Origin: an uncultured Candidatus Rokubacteria bacterium
GTDB lineage: Bacteria > Methylomirabilota > Methylomirabilia > Rokubacteriales > DASRDR01
Direction of reading: 5' to 3'
DNA length: 64,000 bases
Assembly: GCA_963805625.1 (NCBI GenBank)
Contig: CAWDVE010000022.1
Location: 1 to 64,000 of the forward strand
Shown piece by piece: positions 1 through 10,628 of this stretch. The translations under genes and the position numbers were made by a program. Below the pieces are notes generated by a model. The model saw only the letters and a program-made list of their open reading frames with translations. It had not been told where the DNA came from and did not search any database. How positions within the stretch are numbered: the first letter of the stretch is position 1; the number at the start of each line of letters is the position of its first letter.

Positions 1-1327
1 GTGGCACGTGAGATCGAGCGGTACGTCGCGAAGACCCCCAAGTCCCGGGCGCTCCAGGCCGAGGCCGAGCAAGTCCTGCCCGGCGGCAGCTCGCGCGGGA
101 CCGCGTACTTCGCCCCCTATCCCTTCTTCGCGGACCACGGCGACGGCCACTACGTCTACGACGTCGACGGCAACCGCTATCTCGACTTCATGCTGAACGC
201 GACGACGCTCATCGTCGGCCACGCCAATCCCATGGTGGTCGAGGCGCTCGGCGAGCAAACGCGCAAGGGCACGGCGTTCAGCACGCCGACCGAGGTGCAG
301 GTCCGGGTCGCGAAGCTCCTCTGTGACCGCATCCCCTCGCTCGACACGATCCGCTTCACGAACTCGGGGACCGAGGCGACGCTGATGGCCATCCGGGCCG
401 CCTGGGCGTTCACCGGCAAGCACAAGCTCGCCAAGTTCGAGGGCGGCTATCACGGGGCTCACGAGCACGTTGCGGTGAGCGTCAGGCCGCCGGCGGACCG
501 GCTCGATCCGGCGGGCCCGACGGCGATTCCGGAGTACCCGGGCCAGCCGGTGGGTGTCCTCCGGGACGTGATCGTGCTCCCGTACAACGACCTCGCCGCC
601 TGCGACGGCATCCTCCGCGCCCACAAGGACGAGGTGGGCGCGCTCGATCATGGAGCCAGTCGTGTCGAGCTTCGGCTACGTCCCCGGCACCCCGGAGTTC
701 CTCCGGGGCATCCGGAAGCTGACGGAGGAGCTCAACATCGTCCTGATCTACGACGAGGTGCAGAGCCTCCGGATCGCGCCCGGCGGCGCCCAGGAGCTCT
801 TCGGCGTGACCCCGGATCTCTCCTGCTTCGGGAAGATCATCGGCGGCGGGCTGCCGATCGGCGCGTTCGGCGGGCGGCGGGACATCATGGCGCAGTACGA
901 TCCCACGGCGGCCGGCGGCGCCCGCATCGCTCACGCGGGGACGTTCAACGCGAACCCGATGACGCTCGTGGCGGGCGAGGCCGTCATGCGCGCGCTGACG
1001 CCGCCGATCTACCGTCGGCTCGCCGAGCTGGGCGAGTCGCTCCGGCAGAAGCTCCGCCGGACCCTCCAGGCGACGGGCGTGCCGACCCAGGTGACCGGGA
1101 TCGCCTCGCTCTTCGGGATCCACTTCAACGCGCGGCCGATCAAGAGCTACCGTGACGTGGTGGCGGACGATGCCGAGATGACGCGAGGTCTCTACACGGG
1201 CCTGCTGAACGAGGGCATCCTCCTCCAGACCACGTGCGCCGGCGCCCTCGGCGTCATGACCACCGACACCGAGATCGACACGCTGGTCGACGCGGTCGGG
1301 CGCGTGGTCCGGCGCCTCCGCGAATAG
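1..1327 (+). pseudogene. Class III aminotransferase (glutamate-1-semialdehyde aminomutase-like), +1 frameshift at about 646
   Basis: ORF 1-1155 gives the N-terminal half (DVDGNRYLDF, FTNSGTEA, KFEGGYHG). ORF 650-1327 gives the C-terminal half (IYDEV, FGKIIGGGLPIGAFGG). Removing one base from CTC-G-ATC-ATG-GAG restores ALIMEPV. Could be a sequencing error; the true start may lie before the window. Confidence 0.85.
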
Positions 1328-1348
1328 CCGCGCGCCTGGATTGCCCGT

Positions 1349-2729
1349 GATGCCGGCCGCCGACGTCGTCGTCTGCGGCGCCGGCATGGCCGGGGTTGCG
1401 GCCGCCTACCATCTGGCCGTGCGCCACGGCGTGCGACGCGTGGCGCTCGTCGACGAGCGTCCGCCGCTCTCGCTCACCAGCGACAAGTCCACCGAAGCCT
1501 ACCGGAACTTCTGGCCCGGTCCCGACGATGCGATGGTCAGGTTCATGAACCGGAGCATCGACCTCCTGGAGGAGCTCGCCGAGGCGAGCGGCAACGTGTT
1601 CCGGATGAACCGGCGAGGCTACGTGTTCGGCACGGCGGATCCGAGCCGTGCCACGGAACTCCAGGCGATGGCCGAGATCGTGGCCGGCTGGGGCGCCGGC
1701 CCCTTCCGGATCCACGACGGGCGCCCGGGGAACGCCGCCTACCCGCCGCCTTCTGCGGGAGACTGGCGCGCGCAGCCGGCGGGGATCGACCTCCTGCTGG
1801 ACCGGGCCCTGATCCGGCGGCACTTCCCGTACATCGTCGACGATATCGTGGCGCTGCTGCACGCCCGCCGATGCGGCTGGCTGTCCGGTCAGCAGCTCGG
1901 CATGCATCTCCTCGAGCTGGCCCGCCGCGCCGGGACCGACCTGATCGAGGGCCGCCTGGCCGCGGTGGACGTCGCGGGCGGCCGGGTCACTGGAGTGCGG
2001 ATCGAAGGCCCCGGGGGTCGCCGGACTCTCGCCACGGACCGCCTGATCCTTGCCGCGGGGCCGCTCCTGCCCGATGCCGCGCGGCTCCTCGGCCTCACGC
2101 TCCCCGTGTTCTCGGAGCAGCACCACAAGATCGCCATCGAGGACGCGCTAGGTGCGGTGCCGCGCGACGCCCCGTTCCTGATCTGGGACGACGCCCAGAT
2201 GCTTGCCTGGAGCCCCGAGGAGCGCGCCGCACTCGAGGCCGAGCCCGGGCTTCGCTGGATGCTCGAGCCGTTCCCCCCGGGTGTCCACACGCGCCCGGAG
2301 GGCGCCAGCCCGGAGAGCCGAACGCTGCTCGTCCTCTGGTCGTACGACTCCACGGCGACCGACGTCGTCTTCCCGATGCCGGAGCCGCCCTACTACACCG
2401 AACTCGTCCTCCGCGGGATGGCGCGCATGGTGCCGGCATTTTCCGGCTATCTCGACCCGATGCCGCGCGCCTACGTCGACGGCGGCTACTACGCGAAGAC
2501 TCGCGAGAACCGCCCGCTGATCGGCCCGCTGCCGGTGACCGGCGCCTACGTGTCGAGCGCGTACTCGGGCTTCGGCATCATGGCGGGGTGCGCCGGCGGC
2601 GAGCTGGTCGCCGCGCACGTCACGGGGTCGGCGCTACCTGACTACGCGCCGGCCTTCGCCCTCTCGCGCTACGACGACCCCGCGTACATCCAGCGCATCG
2701 AGGCCTGCAGCGCCACCGGGCAGATCTAG
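1349..2729 (+). CDS. FAD-dependent oxidoreductase, DAO / sarcosine oxidase beta-like
   Basis: N-terminal Rossmann motif VVVCGAGMAG; C-terminal PLIGP...SGFGIMAG. Start approximate. Confidence 0.85.
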
Positions 2730-2855
2730 GGACTGCCCCGGCGGTGTCCGAGCCCTCGGGCGCGGCCCGGGTCAGCTCGGCGGGGCGATCCGGATGTGCA
2801 CGACGCCGGGCTGACTCTCGGCGGCGCGCAGCAGCCGTCCAGGGTCCAGCAGCGC

Positions 2856-3926
2856 TTAGCCGCCGTCCGCTCGTGGCCGCTGCCCCGGCGGCACCGAGTA
2901 GACCGGGACGGCCTGGCTCTTGCTCTTGAATTGCGCGGGGCCATGCGACTCCACGCGGATCCCGCTCCCCAGCCCGGCTCGCGTGTTCTCGTCGATGAGG
3001 ATCGGCTGGCCGACAACCTTGGTATGCGCCTCCAGGTGAGCGGCGAGGTTCACGGTATCGCCCACGCAGGTGTAGGTCACGCGTCGCTCGGTGCCCGTGA
3101 AGCCGGCCACCAGCGGGCCGGACGCGATGCCGATCCCGATGCGGATCTCGGCCCCACCCCGCGATGCCTGCTCCTGGTTGAACCCGTCCACCAGTTCCAG
3201 CATCTCCAGCGCCGCCCGCACGGCTCGGGCCCGGTGATCCGCGTGGGGCAGCGGAGCCCCGAAGATCGCCATCAGGCCGTCTCCGAGCATCTGGTTGACG
3301 ATCCCGCCGTGGCCCCCGATGGCGTCGAACATCAGCGTGTAGTAACTGTTCAGGAGCTCGATCGTCTCGGCCGGCGACAGGGTCTCGCTGAGGCGCGTGA
3401 ACGCGCGGATGTCGGAGAACATCACGCTCGCCTCGACGTGCTTGCCGCCCAGCGCCAGGCCGGTCGTCAGGAGCTCCTCGGCGACCTCGGCGGTCGCGAA
3501 CTTCCGGAACAGCTCGCGTTGCCGGTCCCGGAGCCGCTTCTTCTCCAGGCTGGCGCCGACGCGGGCCCGGAGCAGGACCGGGTTCACCGGCTTGAAGAGG
3601 TAGTCCTCGGCGCCCATCTCGATACACCGGGCGACGCTGTCGACCTCCTCTACCGACGACATCATCACCACCGGCAGGTCACGGAGGTGCGGGTCGGATG
3701 TCAGCGCCTCCAGGACCTGGTAGCCGTCCATCTCGGGCATCTCGATGTCCAGGAGGACCAGGTCGACCCTGCGCTGCCGCAGCACCTCCAAGGCCTCTCG
3801 CCCGTTCTCGGCGAACGTGACCGTATGCCCCAGCTGCTCCAGCGCCCGTCCGAGTAGCAATCGGTTCACCCGGTTGTCGTCGACCACCAGCAGGTCGCCG
3901 GCCTGGGAGTTACGTGGAGAGGTCAC
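2856..3926 (-). CDS. Response regulator (REC) fused to a class III adenylate/guanylate cyclase
   Basis: LLVVDDN...LVLLDIEMPEMDG...KP receiver domain; cyclase motifs FSDIRAFT, LGDGLMAIFG, GDTVNLAAHLE. GTG start overlaps the end of the kinase gene. Confidence 0.9.
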   Translation of the reverse strand: MTSPRNSQAGDLLVVDDNRVNRLLLGRALEQLGHTVTFAENGREALEVLRQRRVDLVLLDIEMPEMDGYQVLEALTSDPHLRDLPVVMMSSVEEVDSVARCIEMGAEDYLFKPVNPVLLRARVGASLEKKRLRDRQRELFRKFATAEVAEELLTTGLALGGKHVEASVMFSDIRAFTRLSETLSPAETIELLNSYYTLMFDAIGGHGGIVNQMLGDGLMAIFGAPLPHADHRARAVRAALEMLELVDGFNQEQASRGGAEIRIGIGIASGPLVAGFTGTERRVTYTCVGDTVNLAAHLEAHTKVVGQPILIDENTRAGLGSGIRVESHGPAQFKSKSQAVPVYSVPPGQRPRADGG

Positions 3927-6900
3927 GTCGGAGCTCCTCCAGCGCGTGGGTGACGATCTCGTGCGAGCTGATAATCTGCTTGACCCGATCGTCGGCCCCG
4001 TCCAGGCGCCCGGCCCGGGCCATGAACTCCAGCTCTCTCGCCAGGCCGGCCAGGCCGATCGCGCCGACCGTCTCGCTGGTGGACTTAAGGGAATGCGCCG
4101 CGCGACGGAAGGCGTCGACATCCGTCTCGGCCAGGGCTCGTCGCAGCGTGCCGACCAGCTCCCGGGCGTCCTCGCCGAACGTGTCGATCAGCTCGACCAC
4201 GAACGCGCGGCCCATCGTCGCCGTGAGCCGGTCGAATGTTAGCCGGTCGATGACCGCGGGCGCCACCGCGCTCTGAGGGCCCGCGGAGTGCGGCGGCTCC
4301 TCTCCCGATCCCGTGGGCGAACCGGTAGGGAGGGGTTGCGGTCTCGGCGGCGCGTTCCCTGCGCCGGCGTCCGTCGCCGGCGCGCCCACCTCCGGACGCG
4401 ATCGGCAGCGTTCGAGCGCGCCGACCAGCTCCTCGATCCGGATCGGCTTCGACACGTAGTCGTCCATCCCGGCCGCGACGCACAACTCGCGGTCGCCCTG
4501 CAAGGCGTTGGCCGTCATGGCGACGATCCGCGGGTGACGCTCCCCCGGCCAGCGGCGGTTGATCTCGCGCGAGGCCTCGAACCCGTCGAGCTCCGGCATC
4601 TGCACGTCCATCAGGATCACGTCGTAGGTTTGCCGCGCGACGGCCTCGATTGCCTCCAGCCCGTTGGCCGCGACGTCCGCTCGGTAGCCCATCTGCCCGA
4701 GGAGCCGGAGCGCCACCTTCTGGTTGACCACGTTGTCCTCGGCCAGGAGGATCCGGAGCGGGTGTCGGCGGGCCAGGTCCGCGTCGAGCTCGCTTCGCGT
4801 CACGCCGCGCTCTCGCACGTGGACTGGCTGGTCGGCCAGGACCGAGACTAGCGCGTCGAAGAGCTGCGATGGCTTGATCGGTTTGTGGAGGTGCGCGGCG
4901 AATCCCTCGCTCTCGGCCCGCGCCTCCCGTCGCCCGAGCGACGTGAAGAGCACCAGGGGCACCGCGCCGCCCGCCGGCTCCTCCCGGATCGCCCGGGCCA
5001 GGGCCACACCGTCCATCTCCGGCATGTGCATGTCCAGGATGCCGACGTCGAAGCGCTCGTCAGCCTGGATCCAGCCGAGTGCTTCGAGGGGTGATCCGGA
5101 CGCTCGCGGCCGCATCCCCCAGGCGTCCAGGTACGACGTGAGGATGCGTCGATTGGTCGCGTTGTCGTCAACCACCAGCACGCGCTTGCCCCTGAGGGAG
5201 GGCTGGACGCCTCTCAGGTCGCGCCGGGGCACGGCGCGCTCCTCGGCCGCCGCCGCCCGGATCGTGAAGCGGAAGTCGCTGCCGGTCCCCACCACGCTGG
5301 TGACGTCGATCCGGCCTCCCATGAGCTCGGTCAGCCGCTGGCTGATCGCCAGGCCCAGGCCCGTGCCCCCGTAGCGCCGGGTCGTCGAGGCGTCCACCTG
5401 GGTGAACGACTGGAACAGGTGGCCCAGCCGGTCCGCCGGGATGCCGATCCCGGTGTCCCGGACGGAGAACGTCAGCTCGTGGAGCGCAGTGGCGCCGTCC
5501 AGGCGGCGGGCGCTCACCGAGAGCACGATCTCGCCCCGCTCGGTGAACTTGACCGCGTTCGAGAGCAAGTTCAGGAGCACCTGGCGCAGGCGGGTCACGT
5601 CGCCGACGATCGCGGCCGGGGCGCCATCGCCGACCAGATACGCCAGGTCCAGACCCTTCTCGGCGGCCCGCGTGGCCACGAGGTCGAGGGCGCCCTCGAC
5701 GCACTCCCGCAGGTCGAACGGCTGGGACTCGAGCTCGAGCTTCCCCGCCTCGATCTTGGAGAAGTCGAGGATGTCGTTGATGACGGTCAGGAGTGCGTCG
5801 CCGCTCTGACGGACGACCTCCGCGAACTCGCGCTGCTCGTCGGTCAGCGGGGTGTTCAGGAGGAGTCCGCTCATCCCGATCACGGCGTTCAGCGGAGTCC
5901 GGATCTCGTGGCTCATCGTCGCCAGGAAGGCGCTCTTGGCCTCGTTGGCCGCTTCGGCCTCCCGGCGGGCCCGGAGGAGCTCGGTGATGTCGTGATAGAT
6001 CCCGATCATGCCGACCTTGGCGCCGTCGACGACCACGGGCATGGACGAGAGCTCGACGTCGACCGGCGTGCCGTCCTTCCGGGCGCGCCGCGCGATCGCG
6101 CGGATCCATTCGCCCTCTAGCGTCTTCTGGATGTTGGCGCGGACCTCCTCGCGGGCCTCCGGGGGCGCCACGAGGTCTTCCATGTGGCGGCCGAGGGCCT
6201 CCGCCGGCGTGTACCCGAAGAGGCGCTCCGCGCCGGGGTTCCATCCCACGACCTTGCTGTCGAGGTCCATGGTCGCGATTGCCACCGGACTGGTCTCCAC
6301 GAGCGCGTCCGAATACTGCTTCTGGCGCTGGATCTCCCGGAAGAGCCCGGCGTTGTGCATGGCCAGGACCGACTGGGTCGCGAAAGTTTGAAGCGTGGCG
6401 ACGACCGCGGGGGAGAAGGCGCCCCGCTCGCGCCGCAGGATCACCAGGCCTCCGAGCAGCCGATCTTCGCGGACGAACGGGACCGCAAGGAGCGAGCGCA
6501 TGCCTTCCCGCGCGAGCAGCCCCCGCACCTGTGGGGCGACGAACTCGCTCTCGTTTTCGATGTCGGCCACCTGGACGGGCTCCCGGATCACACCGGCCCG
6601 CCCCATCGCCCCTTCGCCGAGCCTGATGGGCGCCGCCCGGACCGCCTCCGCGTGCTCCGGCGTGATCTGATGCGTGGCCCGCTGGTGAAAAGTCTGGGTG
6701 GCATCGTCGAACTCATAGACGACTCCCTCGTCACTTCCGGATAGCTGGACCGCGCGGCTGACGATGGTGGCGAGCACGGTGTCGAGGTCGAGGGTGGAGC
6801 TGACGGCTTGGCTGACCTCGCCGAGCGCCCGGAGCTCGTCCACGGATCGCGTCAGATCTCGAGTCCTGGTCTCGAGCTCCTTGAACAGGCGGACGTTCTC

Positions 6901-9645
6901 GATGGCGATAACCGCCTGGGCGGCGAATGTCTGTAGGAGCGCGACATGTGTCTCGCTGAACGGGCGCACTTCGAACCGGCGTATCCCGATGGTGCCGATC
7001 GCCCTGTCTTCATGCAGCAGTGGAACGCTGACCATCGACCGGGTCCCCTCAAGCTGTGAAATCGCAGCGCCTACAGGGAACTCGCCGGCTTCGGCTTGGA
7101 GGTCGGCGACGTGCATGGTGCGGCGCTCGATGACGGTGCGACCGCCGAGGGTTCCGGGAATCAGTGGAATCGGCCCCGCCTTGACTGGACCGTGGCGCGC
7201 GACCGGACGCAACATATCTCCATCGGCAAGATAGACGACGGCATCGCGGGCCTCGCAGAGCCGCGCCGCGCTCTGCGCGATCGTGTCGAAGACCGGCTGG
7301 ACGTCGGTCGGAGAGCTGGAGATGACGCGAAGGATCTCGCTGGTCGCCGTCTGCTGCTCCAGCGTCTCGGTCAGGTCGCGATTGCGAACCTCCAGCTCTT
7401 TGAACAGCCGCACGTTCTCGATGGCGATGACCGCTTGGTCCGCGAATGTCTTCAGGAGCTCGGCCTGCGTCTCGGAGAAGCGCCCGGGCCGCCCGCGCAT
7501 GACGCCGATCATCCCGACCGGGCTCCCGTCGCGCAGCAGCGGTACGCCGAGTAGGCTCCGCCAGCCGCCGGCCCGCCCGAGCTCCTGCGCGTAGTCGGGA
7601 TCCTCCAGTACGTCCTCGATGTGGACGATGGCTCCGGTCAGGATGACACGTCCCGATGCTTGCCGGCGGTCCGGCCGCATCGGATACATCTGCTGTGCGA
7701 CGCGGAGCGCTTCTGGAGTGTAGTTGAAATGGGCAGCGAAGTGTATCTGCTCGCCGTCGAAGCGGCCCACGAAGCCATACAGCCCGTCGCACAGGCGGAC
7801 GGCGCTCCGGACGATGGCGTCGAAGACCGGCTGGACATCGGTCGGCGAGCTGCTGATCACGCGCAGGATCTCGCCCGTCGCCGTCTGCTGCTCCAGCGTC
7901 TCGGTCAGATCGCGATTGCGAACTTCCAGCTCCTTGAACAGCCGGACGTTCTCGATCGCGATGACCGCCTGATCGGCGAACGTCTTGAGGAGTTCGATCT
8001 GCCGATCGGGGAAGAGCCCGGCGTGGGATCGCGACACAACGATCGTTCCGATCGGGACCCCGTCACGTAGCATCGGGACCGCCACGATGCTCCGGAAGTT
8101 GGCGTCTGTCGCGACCGCCCCAAGGGCGTAGTCGGGATCCGCGTGGACGTCGGGAATGTGCGCGACGGCAGCGGTGAGCACGGACCGGCCCGCAGCGAAC
8201 CCCCGGTCTGCCGCCGAGGGAAACGTGCGTCGCACGGCCTCGACCCCCGCGGGCGAAAGTCCATGATGAGCCGCGAAGTGGAGGCGTTGCCCATCGAATC
8301 GGAAGACCCAGGCGAACTCACCCAAACAAAGCCGCTTCGCGCTCTGGGCGATCGAGTTGAACACCGGCTGGACGTCTGTCGGCGAGCTGCTGATGACACC
8401 CAGGATCTCCGCCGTGGCCGTCTGCTGCTCCAGCGTCTCGGTGAGTCCCGCGTTCGCCTCCGCCAGCTCGCGCGTGCGTCCCTCGACCTTTCCCTCGAGG
8501 TTCGCGTAGGACTCCTCGAGCTGGCCCGCCGTCCGGTTCAGCTCGTCGCCGAGCGCCTCGAGCTCGTCGCCGGTCCGGACCTCGATGCGATGGCCGAGGT
8601 CGCCGGCGCCGATTCGAGCCGCGCCCTCCTGGAGCACCCGGATCGGCGCGACCATCCGCCGGGCGAGGAGGATGCTTGCCAGGATAGAGAGCCCGAGGCC
8701 CAGCACGAAGATGACCACGCTCCGGATGATCGGGGCCCGGAGGGGCGCGTAGGCGTCCGCGGCCGGCCGTTCGACGAACACCAGCCACCCGAGGGGCCCG
8801 ATCGTCGCGTGCGCCGCGAGGACCCGCCCGCCCCCGAGGCCGTCGGCGACGACGGCGACCGGAACGTCGCTCGCCGACCCCGAGCGGTCGGCCCGGGCCG
8901 ACCTGACCTGGGCGAGGGCGGAGAGATCGCGCTTCGCTCGCAGCACCCGACTGTCCGGATGGGCCACCAGCTGGTCGCGGGAATCCACCACGTAGGCATA
9001 GCCGCCCGGGCCGACCTCGCTCTGGGAGACGGTCTTCAGGACCGCGCCGAGGCTGACCTCCGCTGTGGTCACTTCGACGGCGTACTTGCCACCCGGCACC
9101 GCCAGCGTCACGTACGGCTCGGAGTCGTTCTTGAAATACACGGGACTCCAGTACGTCTTCCCCGCCCGGGCCTCGACGAACTTCGGCGCCCTGGAGAAGT
9201 CCTCCTGGCTTCCGACGACATCGGGGTCCAGGCGAGAGACACGAAGCTGCTCCTTGCCGGAGAGGTCGAGATGGCTGAGCTCACCGATGGCGGGTACGTT
9301 GCGAAGGACCCGAAGGAAGTCGAGCTCGCGTTGCTCCGCCAGCGCCGCGCCCAGTCCTTCTCGAAAGCCGAGGCGGCCCGGTCCAACCTGGCTCGCGTCG
9401 GGATCGTCTGACGCGGTGCGGGTCGTCTCGCGGACCTGCTGCTCGACCTCCTGGAGAAACCGCTCGATGCTGGCCGCGGCCGCCACCGCCCGCGCGCGCT
9501 CCACGCGGAGGATCGCGCGCTGGGTCTCGCGGTAGGAGAAGTAGAGCTCGACCAGGCTCGACGCCATCAGCACGCCGCCGACCAGGACGAGGAGGACGAC
9601 GATGTACTTGCGGAAGAGCCGCCCGCGCAGCATCGAATTCTTCAT
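3910..9645 (-). CDS. Hybrid sensor histidine kinase: TM-Cache-TM-HAMP-4xGAF-PAS-HisKA-HATPase-2xREC-Hpt
   Basis: SHEIRTPLN H-box; NLLSNAVKFT, DTGIGI and GGTGLGL boxes; two REC domains (ILDMHMP, LMDVQMP); Hpt AAHSLKS; repeated GAF linkers DQAVIAIENVRLF. Confidence 0.93.
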   Translation of the reverse strand: MKNSMLRGRLFRKYIVVLLVLVGGVLMASSLVELYFSYRETQRAILRVERARAVAAAASIERFLQEVEQQVRETTRTASDDPDASQVGPGRLGFREGLGAALAEQRELDFLRVLRNVPAIGELSHLDLSGKEQLRVSRLDPDVVGSQEDFSRAPKFVEARAGKTYWSPVYFKNDSEPYVTLAVPGGKYAVEVTTAEVSLGAVLKTVSQSEVGPGGYAYVVDSRDQLVAHPDSRVLRAKRDLSALAQVRSARADRSGSASDVPVAVVADGLGGGRVLAAHATIGPLGWLVFVERPAADAYAPLRAPIIRSVVIFVLGLGLSILASILLARRMVAPIRVLQEGAARIGAGDLGHRIEVRTGDELEALGDELNRTAGQLEESYANLEGKVEGRTRELAEANAGLTETLEQQTATAEILGVISSSPTDVQPVFNSIAQSAKRLCLGEFAWVFRFDGQRLHFAAHHGLSPAGVEAVRRTFPSAADRGFAAGRSVLTAAVAHIPDVHADPDYALGAVATDANFRSIVAVPMLRDGVPIGTIVVSRSHAGLFPDRQIELLKTFADQAVIAIENVRLFKELEVRNRDLTETLEQQTATGEILRVISSSPTDVQPVFDAIVRSAVRLCDGLYGFVGRFDGEQIHFAAHFNYTPEALRVAQQMYPMRPDRRQASGRVILTGAIVHIEDVLEDPDYAQELGRAGGWRSLLGVPLLRDGSPVGMIGVMRGRPGRFSETQAELLKTFADQAVIAIENVRLFKELEVRNRDLTETLEQQTATSEILRVISSSPTDVQPVFDTIAQSAARLCEARDAVVYLADGDMLRPVARHGPVKAGPIPLIPGTLGGRTVIERRTMHVADLQAEAGEFPVGAAISQLEGTRSMVSVPLLHEDRAIGTIGIRRFEVRPFSETHVALLQTFAAQAVIAIENVRLFKELETRTRDLTRSVDELRALGEVSQAVSSTLDLDTVLATIVSRAVQLSGSDEGVVYEFDDATQTFHQRATHQITPEHAEAVRAAPIRLGEGAMGRAGVIREPVQVADIENESEFVAPQVRGLLAREGMRSLLAVPFVREDRLLGGLVILRRERGAFSPAVVATLQTFATQSVLAMHNAGLFREIQRQKQYSDALVETSPVAIATMDLDSKVVGWNPGAERLFGYTPAEALGRHMEDLVAPPEAREEVRANIQKTLEGEWIRAIARRARKDGTPVDVELSSMPVVVDGAKVGMIGIYHDITELLRARREAEAANEAKSAFLATMSHEIRTPLNAVIGMSGLLLNTPLTDEQREFAEVVRQSGDALLTVINDILDFSKIEAGKLELESQPFDLRECVEGALDLVATRAAEKGLDLAYLVGDGAPAAIVGDVTRLRQVLLNLLSNAVKFTERGEIVLSVSARRLDGATALHELTFSVRDTGIGIPADRLGHLFQSFTQVDASTTRRYGGTGLGLAISQRLTELMGGRIDVTSVVGTGSDFRFTIRAAAAEERAVPRRDLRGVQPSLRGKRVLVVDDNATNRRILTSYLDAWGMRPRASGSPLEALGWIQADERFDVGILDMHMPEMDGVALARAIREEPAGGAVPLVLFTSLGRREARAESEGFAAHLHKPIKPSQLFDALVSVLADQPVHVRERGVTRSELDADLARRHPLRILLAEDNVVNQKVALRLLGQMGYRADVAANGLEAIEAVARQTYDVILMDVQMPELDGFEASREINRRWPGERHPRIVAMTANALQGDRELCVAAGMDDYVSKPIRIEELVGALERCRSRPEVGAPATDAGAGNAPPRPQPLPTGSPTGSGEEPPHSAGPQSAVAPAVIDRLTFDRLTATMGRAFVVELIDTFGEDARELVGTLRRALAETDVDAFRRAAHSLKSTSETVGAIGLAGLARELEFMARAGRLDGADDRVKQIISSHEIVTHALEELRRDLST

Positions 9646-10628
9646 CGCCGGAAGGCGTCGGCGCGGAGGAGGATCTTTCGCGGCACGGTGATGCCCAAGA
9701 GATCGGCCGTCTTGAGGTTCACCGCGAGGTCGATCTTCTCGGCCCCTTCGACGGGCAGGTCCTGAGGCCGCGACCCCTGCAGGATCTTGACGACCAGCGC
9801 CGCGGCCTGGGCCCCCTCGGCGAAGTAGTCGGGGCCGTAGGAAACGAGACCGCCATAGCCGATCCAGAGCGCCGTCTCGAAGACGGCCGGAACGCGCTGA
9901 GCGAGCGACTGCTCCAGGATGGTGACGGCGATATCCGGGTTCGAGCCTTCGGGAGCGAGCACCGCGTCGCCGCGGCGGACCTCACTCAGGACGCGCTTCA
10001 GCTCGCCGGCGTCGAGCACCCCCTTCGGCACGACGTCGAGCTTCATGCGCTGGGCCGCCTCGAGTGCCTTCCCAATCATCGGCGCGGGGCTCCGGTCGAC
10101 GCCGTAATAGATGAGCCAGACCCTGCGGACGGTCGGCGTGAGGGTCTTGAGAACCTCCAGGCGCTTGGCCACCAGCTCCGTCTGGAGGCTCGAGACCCCC
10201 GTCACGTTGCCTCCGGGCTGGGCGAGCGTGCTGACGATGCCGGCGCCGACCGGGTCACCCACCAGGGTGAAGACGATCGGCACATTCGTCGTCGCGTCCT
10301 TCGCTGCCAGGGTGGCCGCCTCCTGGCTGGTGAAGATCAGGTCGACGCCGGCCTTGACGAGGGCCGCGGCAGCAGCCGGCATCGCGTCCAGCTTGCCTTC
10401 GGTGAAGCGGATGTCGAAGGTCACGTCGCGGCCGTCCTCGAGCCCGCGTGCCTTGAGGCCCGCCTTGAGCCCTTCCACGGTCGGATGGCTCGCCGCCCAG
10501 GCCGCATTGAGGACGCCGATGCGGAGCGGGCGACGAGCCTCCTGCGCCTCGGCCGCGGGGATGAGAACCCAGAGCGCAATCGCGGCGGCGATCCAGGAGC
10601 AGCCGGACGCTCTGCGTTGAGTCGTCAT
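9642..10628 (-). CDS. ABC-type substrate-binding protein (ABC_sub_bind family), no cognate permease
   Basis: Signal peptide; VPIVF...GDPVGAGIVSTLAQPGGNVTG, DLPVE, LAVNLKTA...ILLRAD. ATGA overlaps with the genes on both sides. Confidence 0.88.
   Translation of the reverse strand: MTTQRRASGCSWIAAAIALWVLIPAAEAQEARRPLRIGVLNAAWAASHPTVEGLKAGLKARGLEDGRDVTFDIRFTEGKLDAMPAAAAALVKAGVDLIFTSQEAATLAAKDATTNVPIVFTLVGDPVGAGIVSTLAQPGGNVTGVSSLQTELVAKRLEVLKTLTPTVRRVWLIYYGVDRSPAPMIGKALEAAQRMKLDVVPKGVLDAGELKRVLSEVRRGDAVLAPEGSNPDIAVTILEQSLAQRVPAVFETALWIGYGGLVSYGPDYFAEGAQAAALVVKILQGSRPQDLPVEGAEKIDLAVNLKTADLLGITVPRKILLRADAFRR

Noticed and set aside
640-652. Programmed frameshift in the aminotransferase
   Set aside because: No slippery heptamer at the site; a single-base insertion is more likely.
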